Source of the DNA: an uncultured Candidatus Bathyarchaeia archaeon
GTDB taxonomy: Archaea > Thermoproteota > Bathyarchaeia > Bathyarchaeales > Bathyarchaeaceae
Direction of reading: 5' to 3'
Length of the DNA: 45,365 nucleotides
NCBI GenBank assembly: GCA_964346895.1
Contig: CAYFWY010000002.1
Coordinates: forward strand, 1-45,365
A model generated the notes under the pieces. That model ran no database searches, was not told the DNA's origin, and worked only from the letters and a program-made list of their open reading frames with translations. The position numbers and the translations under genes were made by a program. Numbering within the stretch: position 1 is the stretch's first letter; each line of letters starts with the position of its first letter. Shown here in pieces: positions 19,257 to 27,383 of this stretch.

Positions 19257-19290
19257 GGGGTTTTAACCCCTACCTAACTTCACCTTTTTT
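19257..19290 (+). terminator. Candidate terminator: short GC hairpin (GGGGTT..AACCCC) followed by a T6 run
   Basis: GGGGTTTTAACCCC at 19257-19270, then TTTTTT at 19285-19290, downstream of the SMC-kleisin-kite operon. Confidence 0.3.
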
Positions 19291-19329
19291 GTTGCTATCC
19301 GAAGTACCTTGCTACGAGTTTAATGAATT

Positions 19330-19512
19330 TTACCCGGTTTTTGATGCCCGAACCCCTAAAGCACCGTAAACGATTAGGAAGAACAGCACTAACCCAAATA
19401 TGATGATAAGCCAATGCGTAGCCGAAAGTGTCATTTCTTCAAACATTCCTTTCTCTCTCCTTTTTCTAAGAAATCTCCCTAAAGACAAAAAGGGGCGAAC
19501 ATATTTGAACAA
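19330..19512 (-). CDS. Possible small single-TM protein
   Basis: ORF only. 'HWLIIIFGLVLFFLIVYGALG' is a hydrophobic helix. Weak. Confidence 0.3.
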   Translation of the reverse strand: MFKYVRPFLSLGRFLRKRREKGMFEEMTLSATHWLIIIFGLVLFFLIVYGALGVRASKTG

Positions 19513-19841
19513 TATTTCATTGGATGAAATATGATTTTACAGGAAATACAGGTTCGCGCTTGGAATCAATTCGCAACTCTCTTTGTGAACAGCTGGAGTT
19601 AAGACACACTAACTTCCTCTTTCTCATATTCATCGCTATTTTTTCAAAACAACAATAAAACATTCGTTGATCTTCTTCTATGAACAGAAACTGAAGAGAC
19701 TATATATTCTGTTTTACCTAAAGAAGACCAGATTTATGGCTATCAAAATGTTGAGGATCAAATGTGCTCGCCTGAGTTGTGGCTAGTAATACTTATTTTT
19801 GTTGGTTCTATTGTGTCCATTGAAGCGAGGCGTCAGGATAG

Positions 19842-20549
19842 ATGCGGAGTGTTTTTTATCCTTTGGGTGGGTCTCACCCTCCAGGTTCAAAGGAGAAGTG
19901 TAGTTTATGTGGTCGAGTTATGCCGTATTATGCTCTTAGACCTTGTTTTCGGTGTAAAGGGCGATTCTGTAAAAGTTGCATAACTGCGGATTTGGTGGAA
20001 AGCAAATACTTTGTCTGTCTTAATTGTGCAAGAAGGTTCGTTTCGCCTAAACGAACATTTAGGGGCAAATACACTTCTCTTACATTCTATTTGTCTCGAA
20101 AAGCCCAGTGGACCAGCTGGGTCAAACTCCAGTTCTCACGAATAGAGGGAATAATCGGCAACAACCTTCCAGTTTCAGCAATTCAAAACACGGAATGGTG
20201 GAACAACACGAAAGGTACCCCTCAAGGCGAAGCATGGCTTAGTGTAGGTTGGAAAGTAAAGAAAGTGGACTTGAAAGAAGGAGCCGTGATTTTTACTCGT
20301 TCTGAATTGTCAGAACCCAAAAAGAAACGTAAATACAGAAGACTCGCCTCCAAAGTCATTCTTCCAGAGTACAAACCAAGAAAAGTCAAGAAGCCTTCAT
20401 TGACTCGAATAGCTAAAGCTCAAGCGCGACTTCAAAACATAGCTCGACGAAAGACAGCCATGAGAGAGTATCGAGGAAAATTCAAACCAAAATCGGCTTA
20501 CGAAAAACGCCTATACAAACCAGAAGAGAAGCCCAGCGCGCACGACTAG
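19842..20549 (+). CDS. Zinc-ribbon protein fused to a small conserved domain ('..LQFSRIEGIIGNNLPVSA...WWNN....AWLSVGWKV..VDL....VIFTR') and a Lys/Arg-rich tail
   Basis: N-terminus 'CSLCG...CFRCKGRFCKSC...CLNC' (Cys clusters). The middle domain matches a widespread bacterial/archaeal small domain of unknown function that I recall (LSF.EIE.ILG..LP.SA...WW.N....AWL.AGW.V..VDL). The C-terminal ~80 aa is highly basic. Confidence 0.6.
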   Translation: MRSVFYPLGGSHPPGSKEKCSLCGRVMPYYALRPCFRCKGRFCKSCITADLVESKYFVCLNCARRFVSPKRTFRGKYTSLTFYLSRKAQWTSWVKLQFSRIEGIIGNNLPVSAIQNTEWWNNTKGTPQGEAWLSVGWKVKKVDLKEGAVIFTRSELSEPKKKRKYRRLASKVILPEYKPRKVKKPSLTRIAKAQARLQNIARRKTAMREYRGKFKPKSAYEKRLYKPEEKPSAHD

Positions 20550-20553
20550 AATG

Positions 20554-20570
20554 AGCGCGCAAAGTTTTTT
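20554..20570 (+). terminator. GCGCGC motif followed by a T6 run just after the stop of 19842..20549
   Basis: 'GAGCGCGCAAAGTTTTTT' lies 5 nt after the TAG. Archaeal terminators are oligo-T tracts. Confidence 0.35.
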
Positions 20571-20847
20571 CATTTATGGAAAGGGGTTTTCATTTGAGAG
20601 GCATAAGAAAGCCTGAAAAATGTTACTTGGTGAAAGCTTTTTACTTTTTACCTATTTACTCCAGTAACTTTCCCAAATAAAGAGAAAAATGTAGAACGGC
20701 AAAAAACTGAATCTTTCCACTTTAAGTTTTTCATGTATTTGGTCATATCTACTTAGGAAATTATTCACAAGGCATATCCGAAGTTCAGGGGTTATCACTA
20801 AGAAAAGAGGAAAAAGCTCGAAAAAAATTGGAATATAGGGAAGTTTT

Positions 20848-21078
20848 TTACTTTGGTTCTGAAGGTCGACTTAGGTACACCCAAATCACTACTAGGCATG
20901 TTGTTATTAAAGCGCCGGCGATCCCTGACATAACCCATTCAGCGGTAAATATTGACGGAAAGACATTTAATAGCCAAGGCCACACCACGTGATAAAGGGC
21001 GTTGGCTGAAACTCCACCTACAAACCCTAAAACGGCAAATATTCCTAGTATCTTTAATCGGTCACCCATTGTAATCAC
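20848..21078 (-). CDS. Small two-TM membrane protein
   Basis: 'LKILGIFAVLGFVGGVSANAL' and 'VMSGIAGALITTCLVVIWVYL' are hydrophobic segments. Confidence 0.5.
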   Translation of the reverse strand: MITMGDRLKILGIFAVLGFVGGVSANALYHVVWPWLLNVFPSIFTAEWVMSGIAGALITTCLVVIWVYLSRPSEPK

Positions 21079-21292
21079 CTTGTTTTAACAGTTAAATCTT
21101 CGCGCTTTTGAGTCTAACTTACACGAAACTGTTTATTATGGCAAGTGCGCCTCTCCTCTATTTCCATCCGAGATTTAAAGCTCAAAACGACGGCAAAAGG
21201 TGGATATGTTGTTAGGTATATTTGTGAATGATTTCTACATATTAAAAATGTAATAATACGTTTTAAACTACCCCTCTTTGTGAGGAATTAAA

Positions 21293-21946
21293 ATGTCTGA
21301 AAAGTTTGCTAAAAAATGGGGAGAAGGAATAGACGATACACCTATCTCTACGAGAATCAAAGAAGCTGTTCGCCCTCCAGGTCCATTGAAACCACGCTTA
21401 GATTACGCCATCAAACGAATTACTATGCAAATCCAAAGACTAGACAAGGCAACCGACCGCTTCTCAGAACGCGACAAATCAATATTCGCAAAAATCGTCA
21501 ACGCCTACTCAAAACACGACATGGCACGAGCCAACGTTTTCGCCAACGAACTGGCTGAAATACGAAAAATGGAAAGAATGATAATCCACGCAAGACTAGC
21601 CTTGGAACAAATATCCCTCAGGTTAAGCACAGTTTCAGAACTCGGCGACGTCGTTAGCACACTGGCTCCAGCAATCGGCGTTTTACGCAGCGTCAAAAAC
21701 GGAATGGCAGCAGTCTTTCCAGAAGCTGAAAGGGAACTTGGAAGCATTGGAAACTTACTCAGCGGAATAATTATGGATGCCGGCCACAACTCTGGTTTGA
21801 ACATAGACTTCCAGACAGCAGGCGAAGACGCCCAGAAAATCTTAAACGAAGCAGCCACGGTTGCGGAACAGAAAGTCAAAGAAAAATTCCCAGACCTACC
21901 CACTGGCATACCTACCTTCGGCGAGGCAGCCCAAACCGAAACTTAA
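21293..21946 (+). CDS. cdvB: ESCRT-III/Snf7-family protein (CdvB paralog without winged helix)
   Basis: Helical; 'ARANVFANELAEIRKMERMI..ARLALEQISLRLSTV.ELGDVV' is shared with the paralog at 22813. Sits in a cluster with cdvA and vps4. Confidence 0.75.
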   Translation: MSEKFAKKWGEGIDDTPISTRIKEAVRPPGPLKPRLDYAIKRITMQIQRLDKATDRFSERDKSIFAKIVNAYSKHDMARANVFANELAEIRKMERMIIHARLALEQISLRLSTVSELGDVVSTLAPAIGVLRSVKNGMAAVFPEAERELGSIGNLLSGIIMDAGHNSGLNIDFQTAGEDAQKILNEAATVAEQKVKEKFPDLPTGIPTFGEAAQTET

Positions 21947-21992
21947 CCAACCAAGAAAACTTGACGTTTCATGGATATAAGGAGGTGAAACC

Positions 21993-22730
21993 ACGTCAAA
22001 ATCCACTTCCAACCCCTTTCTCTTTATTGGCAAGCAAGTTAAGGATGAATACGGACGCCAAATTGGTCGAGTAGCATCATTCAGAGTAACCCCTACCGGT
22101 CGCGTAGATGGGATATTCATAGAACATGGGGACGGAGAATTTCTTAGCTATCCAAGCGATCAATTTAGAGTGGAAAATGGTGACTTTGTAATTTTGCCGC
22201 CGCTCAAATTGCGGGCAAAAACTCTCTGTCAGCAAATACCTCTTATCTGGCGAAAAGATCAGGCTTTGAACGAGCTTGTAGATAAGAAAAAGATCCCGCC
22301 GGAAATGTTTGATGATCTCCACAACAATTTTGAAGGAGCTTTAAACCAGTTGAAAGCAGACGCTAAAGCGGTTATGGACGACACAAACAAACAGATCACT
22401 AAATGCACGAAACAAATAACAGAACTCCACTCAGCCTTGATAAATCTGGAAATTGAGCGCGAAATTGGCAGAATCGACGACGAATCGTACGAGAAAGCTT
22501 TAGGAATAATACAGTGGGGATTAAAAGGCGTTAACGCCGAAAAAAGCGATCTGGAAGCGTTGAAGAGCAAACTATTCAACCTACTTCTAGGAGAAACTAC
22601 AGTGAAGCCACCTGAAACAGGAACCCAGAAGGAGACGCAAGAAGCAACTGCTCCCGCTTCTCCTCCTTCCCCAAATCTTCCAGAACCACCAGTTGTTGTT
22701 CACGTGAGGAACCCGAATAACCAGAAGTAA
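21993..22730 (+). CDS. cdvA: CdvA (PRC-barrel plus coiled coil plus Pro-rich C-terminal tail); non-canonical start
   Basis: My translation upstream of ATG 22170 in the same frame gives '..SKSTSNPFLFIGKQVKDEYGRQIGRVASFRVTPTGRVDGIFIEHGDGEFLSYPSDQF', a PRC-barrel-like N-terminus typical of CdvA. A 10-nt SD, AAGGAGGTGA, lies at 21979-21988. The only codon at proper spacing in frame is ACG 21993 (see finding). Confidence 0.7.
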   Translation, partial: TSKSTSNPFLFIGKQVKDEYGRQIGRVASFRVTPTGRVDGIFIEHGDGEFLSYPSDQFRVENGDFVILPPLKLRAKTLCQQIPLIWRKDQALNELVDKKKIPPEMFDDLHNNFEGALNQLKADAKAVMDDTNKQITKCTKQITELHSALINLEIEREIGRIDDESYEKALGIIQWGLKGVNAEKSDLEALKSKLFNLLLGETTVKPPETGTQKETQEATAPASPPSPNLPEPPVVVHVRNPNNQK

Positions 22731-22812
22731 TAAACATTAAAGCCTGTGAGGGATCGCCATAAAAAACCCTTTCAGTAATCCTGTAACACTTGAAGACGTA
22801 ATCTTTGAGGCA

Positions 22813-23622
22813 GTGCCGAAACTTAAAACTCAGCGATTTAAACTCGGACAAGTCATAGTTAGATTGCATCAAAGAGATACAGCCCTGTTCAAGACCTGTT
22901 CAGAAGCACTAAAAGAAAAAAACATCGAACGCGCAACGATTTTCGCTAACGAGCTAGCGGAAATCAGAAAATTGACTAAAATTATCTCCCAGACCCAAAT
23001 CTTCGTAGAACGCGTAATATTAAGACTTGAAACACTCAAAGAATTTAGCGCAGCCTTCGCAGATCTGAAGCCAGCTCTTAGAATTCTTCACACAGTGACA
23101 AAGCGTCTCACAATAATAATGCCTCAAATGGCATATGAAATGGAAAGGGTTAACGAGAGCATAAACGAAACGCTAGCCATGACGACCATCAGTTCTTCAG
23201 AGTTAAACATGCCAATAGATGTAAAGACTCCAGGTGGCGAAGAAGTCCTTAAAGAAGTCTCAGCCTTTCTGGAAAAGAAATTAACGGAGGAATTACCTGA
23301 GCCGCCGATTTCAGCTCCGGTCATGGAAAAGTCTCGTCACGTAGAAAAAGTTAAACAACTGGTTGCTCTCACCGCTACTTGCTCAGAAGTTCGTGAACAA
23401 ACCGAACCTCAAAACTACATATCTTACAAAGACACGGAATTGAAGCGCGTTTCCTTCATGGTTCAAGAGTCTTTAGCAGAAACAGTTCTGGAATACGCCA
23501 AAAAACGTGAAGGACAAATTGACATCAGCCAATGCGCATTTGATCTGAATATTCCATGCGGAGAAGTGGAAAAAGCCCTAGAAAAATTGGGTATGCAAGG
23601 CAAGATAACAATCGAACGGTGA
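22813..23622 (+). CDS. cdvB: ESCRT-III/Snf7-family protein with C-terminal winged helix (CdvB)
   Basis: 'ERATIFANELAEIRKLTKII' core, plus the C-terminal 'VLEYAKKREGQIDISQCAFDLNIPCGEVEKALEKLGMQGKITIE' wH-like domain. GTG start. Confidence 0.75.
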   Translation: MPKLKTQRFKLGQVIVRLHQRDTALFKTCSEALKEKNIERATIFANELAEIRKLTKIISQTQIFVERVILRLETLKEFSAAFADLKPALRILHTVTKRLTIIMPQMAYEMERVNESINETLAMTTISSSELNMPIDVKTPGGEEVLKEVSAFLEKKLTEELPEPPISAPVMEKSRHVEKVKQLVALTATCSEVREQTEPQNYISYKDTELKRVSFMVQESLAETVLEYAKKREGQIDISQCAFDLNIPCGEVEKALEKLGMQGKITIER

Positions 23623-23627
23623 CCCTC

Positions 23628-24788
23628 ATGAGTGCATCCCATGAACTTGAAAAAGCTGCAACGAGCTATGCACTTGAAGCAGTTCGCCTCGATAAACAAG
23701 GCTCTAGAGGAATGGCCATCACCATGTATCAGAAGGGCATTTCAACCCTTCTAAAACTCGTCCAGTTGTACCCCAACTACGGTCTAAACAAGGTTTACAT
23801 TCAACGTGCAATGGCATATCAAGAAAGAATAAAAGCTCTGCAAGGTGTTGGGCCTATTCAGCCGCAAACAGAAAAAGCGGCTGACATGATAGAGCCCTCA
23901 GGAGCAAAAGAAAAGGCAACTTACGATGAACTGGTGCTCAAAGAAAAACCGGAAGTAAACTGGAATCAAGTTGTTGGTTTAGAGCAGGCAAAGAAAGCCG
24001 TCAAAGAAGCCATCGTTTATCCTGTTGAGAGACCAGATTTGTTCACACTGGGATGGCCCAGAGGAATACTTCTCTTCGGCCCGCCTGGATGCGGAAAAAC
24101 CTTACTAGCCGCTGCGGTTGCTACAGAGATCGACGCAAACTTCATTTCAGTGGATGCAGCCTCGATCATGTCAAAATGGCTAGGAGAAGCTGAGCAAAAT
24201 GTCGCAAGACTTTTTGCTTCGGCTAGGAAATCTGCCAATAACGGATGCCCAGCAATAGTTTTCATCGACGAATTAGATTCGCTAATCGGAATGCACTCAA
24301 CCGAGGTTGGTGGAGAAACCAGAGTTCGAAACCAGTTCCTAAAAGAAATGGATGGAATTATAGACAAGGGCAAGAACATTCATGCTTATGTGATTGGAGC
24401 TACCAACAAACCTTGGGCTTTAGATTGGCCCTTCATAAGGAGATTTCAGAAGCGAATAATAGTTCCCTTACCGGATTACGAAGCACGCCTAAAAATGCTT
24501 AAACTGTATACAACTCATCTGAAATTGGCGCCAGATGTGGATCTCGATGAATTTGCAAGGTTGTCTGAAGGATTCTCTGGAAGTGACATAAGGGACGTAT
24601 GCCAATCAGCCCACCTAAAGGTTATTGGAGAACTCTTCGAATCGGGTCTAGCAAGTGATAAACATGCTCAGCCGAGACCCATGTCCATGGATGACTTTAG
24701 AATGATCTTAGAAGAAAGAAAACCTAGCGTTTCCCTAGACATGGTGGCATCTTACAACCGATGGTTTGACGCCTTTAAGGCGCTCTAA
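23628..24788 (+). CDS. cdvC: Vps4-type AAA+ ATPase (CdvC) with N-terminal MIT domain
   Basis: MIT-like 'AATSYALEAVRLDKQG...AITMYQKGISTLLKL'. 'GILLFGPPGCGKTLLA' (Walker A), 'IVFIDELDS' (Walker B), 'ATNKPWALDWPFIRRF'. ATG 23628 follows GGTGA. The ORF-track start at 23556 overlaps cdvB. Confidence 0.9.
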   Translation: MSASHELEKAATSYALEAVRLDKQGSRGMAITMYQKGISTLLKLVQLYPNYGLNKVYIQRAMAYQERIKALQGVGPIQPQTEKAADMIEPSGAKEKATYDELVLKEKPEVNWNQVVGLEQAKKAVKEAIVYPVERPDLFTLGWPRGILLFGPPGCGKTLLAAAVATEIDANFISVDAASIMSKWLGEAEQNVARLFASARKSANNGCPAIVFIDELDSLIGMHSTEVGGETRVRNQFLKEMDGIIDKGKNIHAYVIGATNKPWALDWPFIRRFQKRIIVPLPDYEARLKMLKLYTTHLKLAPDVDLDEFARLSEGFSGSDIRDVCQSAHLKVIGELFESGLASDKHAQPRPMSMDDFRMILEERKPSVSLDMVASYNRWFDAFKAL

Positions 24789-24946
24789 CTTGAAAGGAGG
24801 TTCGTTGTCAAGCTTAAGCAAGGATCATGTGGCTATTGGAAAGGTTTAGAGAGCTATGTTTCTTCGGCAGTAGCTGAGAACTCCTTTCTCTCTCTTTAGC
24901 AACATTCAATAATCTCTTTCTAAACCCCAAAAAAAGCCACATGACT

Positions 24947-25684
24947 TCACTTACGACCAGAAAAAAGCTTGATAATTATTGAAATTTTTTCGTCTCCTCT
25001 GATGGTAATTCCCCTCAATGTTGAAATCATCCCAAGAATAGTATTTCTTAAAATTTTCTTAACAAAAGGATTTAATGGTAAGACGCGTTCATCAAGCTGA
25101 AGTTGTAGTTTTTCTTTGTCTTCCCGTTTTCTTTCAATTAACATTGCAGCTTTTTGGGCCACTAGATTCACTAACTTTTCAGGCTCTTTAAGTGCGTCGA
25201 CGTAACGAATTTTCGGTTTCGCCCCTTCGATATGAATGGGACCAACGAAAGTGAGTATGGGTCTATAGTTTTTAGAAGCCTCAAGAACCTCATCGATTTT
25301 TTTGACAGCAACAATTTTTGGCACGGCTAGATTTTGGCCAATTAATTTCTTGAAACCTTCAAGGACTATAATTTCCACATAATCTTTACATTCTGCAACC
25401 AACTGTTCTAGGCTGTATTTTGCAGTTTCGGCTTTTCTGATGACGGCCAGTTCGTTTGGTGCTACGCTTATGATGGTGCGAGCTCCAGCCTTGGCGTGCC
25501 TCCAAGTGTCTTTCCCAGTGGTGTCAATCGTAAAGTCAGTTTCGGGTATGTGCTTAAATGTAGCGACATTGTAGCCTCTTTCTGTCAGTCCTCTGATTAA
25601 GATTTCAACGGCGGTGGTTTTACCTGATTTTTTGCCTCCAACGACAGCGACCAGAAACATATTGTATTCGCACCTCTCTTGCAT
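24947..25684 (-). CDS. mobB: MobB-like P-loop protein (molybdopterin-guanine dinucleotide biosynthesis adapter family) with C-terminal extension
   Basis: 'VAVVGGKKSGKTTAVEILIRGLTERGYNVATFKHIPE.DFTIDTTGKDTWRHAKAGA'. The likely start is the Met of MFLVAVV (about 25660). Confidence 0.7.
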   Translation of the reverse strand: MQERCEYNMFLVAVVGGKKSGKTTAVEILIRGLTERGYNVATFKHIPETDFTIDTTGKDTWRHAKAGARTIISVAPNELAVIRKAETAKYSLEQLVAECKDYVEIIVLEGFKKLIGQNLAVPKIVAVKKIDEVLEASKNYRPILTFVGPIHIEGAKPKIRYVDALKEPEKLVNLVAQKAAMLIERKREDKEKLQLQLDERVLPLNPFVKKILRNTILGMISTLRGITIRGDEKISIIIKLFSGRK

Positions 25685-25766
25685 ACTAGAAGATTTCAGA
25701 AATTTAAACTAGGATGTTCAACTTCACTAGTGCGGACGCTCGTTTAAAAAAGGAACTCAGATATAG

Positions 25767-26729
25767 TTATGGTCTGTATCCCTTTAGGATACTGACAGCT
25801 AAAACTGCCTCTGTAATGTCTGCTGTTGTTCCCGGATTAAGCTTGTGGTCGGGATCTCTGAGTTTTTCGTCAAATTTCCGAAGGAGATTTCTTCCAGTTA
25901 GAGTTGTTAAGCCACCTCTCGCCAAAATTTTTTCAGCCTCAGCTGAGATTTTCTTCGCGTTGGCTGCACCCACTTTACGACTGATGAAAGTGTCTGGAAC
26001 GTTAGAGAGAATTTTTAAGAAGGTATGCACTGTCGCTGTGTTTATGTCCATCGTCTCTTTAAGTTGTTGAACAAAATAGGGGTGCCCTAAGTTGAAGGTG
26101 ATGGGGTAGTTTTTTACCCACTCAAATGCAATAGAGTCGTATGTGGATGCGATTTTGAACACTTCTGAAAGAGTTACTTGCTCGTCCAGAATCTTCTGTT
26201 TTGAAGCTGGATCAGTCACATCAAGTTTTGGAGCATAACCCAAGCCGCTTGGTCTGGCGATTTCTATCGCATCGTACACATTCACTGCGTCCATCGGAGT
26301 GCTAGATTCAACGATTATCTTCATGTTTTTTCTGAGCTTAGAGACGGAAAATCCCTCTTCAATTAGCATTCCAGCAGCAACTGCCATTGGCGAAAGTAAA
26401 ATTATTGCGCCTAGAAGCGTGTTTCCATCATTTTGCCACAAACTTACGCTTTTGACAGCGTCTTTGATTACTTTTCCAATTCCAACATTTGCTGGGCTGA
26501 TCTTTTCTTTAGACACCTTTATACCTTGTTCAGCTGCGTGTTTGAAGTGTGGTGCTACAGCGACGGCTGATGCTAAAAAATGTTCGTATCGGGTCTCTTC
26601 GAAATCAGCGGTTCGATGGACGTTTCCAGGCTTTGGATGCGCACTAACTTCTAGGAGAACAGCTAATTCCAAGCATCTAGAGACTTGTTCTGTCGTTTCT
26701 TTACATGAACCTAGATTCATGAGGATCAA
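25767..26729 (-). CDS. Triphosphoribosyl-dephospho-CoA synthase (CitG/MdcB) family protein
   Basis: 'HPKPGNVHRTADF' and 'LNPGTTADITEA' match CitG-family motifs as I remember them. Confidence 0.65.
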   Translation of the reverse strand: MILMNLGSCKETTEQVSRCLELAVLLEVSAHPKPGNVHRTADFEETRYEHFLASAVAVAPHFKHAAEQGIKVSKEKISPANVGIGKVIKDAVKSVSLWQNDGNTLLGAIILLSPMAVAAGMLIEEGFSVSKLRKNMKIIVESSTPMDAVNVYDAIEIARPSGLGYAPKLDVTDPASKQKILDEQVTLSEVFKIASTYDSIAFEWVKNYPITFNLGHPYFVQQLKETMDINTATVHTFLKILSNVPDTFISRKVGAANAKKISAEAEKILARGGLTTLTGRNLLRKFDEKLRDPDHKLNPGTTADITEAVLAVSILKGYRP

Positions 26730-27031
26730 CCCCGAAATTATACTGCACCGTGACCTTGTATGGTGAAGTTTAATTAACCTTGTGCAAAACCCGCCAAAAC
26801 GTTTAGCTTTTGGAGAAATGTATTGATGAAAATTCGCTTAAAACAATTTGCCACAGGCTCAACATTTTATCAAAATGGCTTGATCGAACTAGGTGTAATA
26901 AAAAAAGTTGTATCCTTTTATTCAGTTGTAACTTGAGTCTCAGGTTTGAAACGTGCATGACTATTCTAATTTACGTTTCCCGGGCGAAGATTAGCTTATT
27001 GATTTGGATTAGTATGCGTCATCTTTAATGG

Positions 27032-27277
27032 CTAACGCGTGCGCACATGAGCGTTTAATTTTGTTAGTCCAGAAAGGATTTGTGCAACCGACCTTTTTCG
27101 CTTAAGGTCTATTTCAAGTGTTCCATTCGCCATGCAATCTGGGCATATATTACAATCATATGATAGACCATCATGAAAAATAAACTTGCACGAATACACT
27201 GCTTTAACGATATCACCACAACATTCACAAAACAAAGGGCCCATGTTTTTAACCTTATTTGAAGTGAGGGAAAACAA
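27032..27277 (-). CDS. Small Cys-rich (zinc-binding?) protein
   Basis: 'CECCG....C......CNICPDC'. The C-terminal 'AHVRTR*' is encoded by the ACGCGTGCGCACATG motif. Confidence 0.45.
   Translation of the reverse strand: MFSLTSNKVKNMGPLFCECCGDIVKAVYSCKFIFHDGLSYDCNICPDCMANGTLEIDLKRKRSVAQILSGLTKLNAHVRTR
27035..27049. repeat. Motif variant ACGCGTGCGCACATG
   Basis: Overlaps the last codons of 27032..27277(-). Confidence 0.8.
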
Positions 27278-27383
27278 ATCTTAAAAAGAAAGTTTCGTGC
27301 GCAAAAATGGTTGCTAATCTGAAGTATTTAAGAAGACAGATATATTGTGATTTGCGTTACGAGTGTACAATCCTATGGTTTCA

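Noticed and set aside
24826-24943. 9-bp inverted repeat CATGTGGCT / AGCCACATG, 100 nt apart, between the convergent cdvC and mobB ends (possible ncRNA or terminator)
   Set aside because: The arm length is only marginally above chance for a 160-bp spacer. I could not identify supporting internal structure or a conserved motif.
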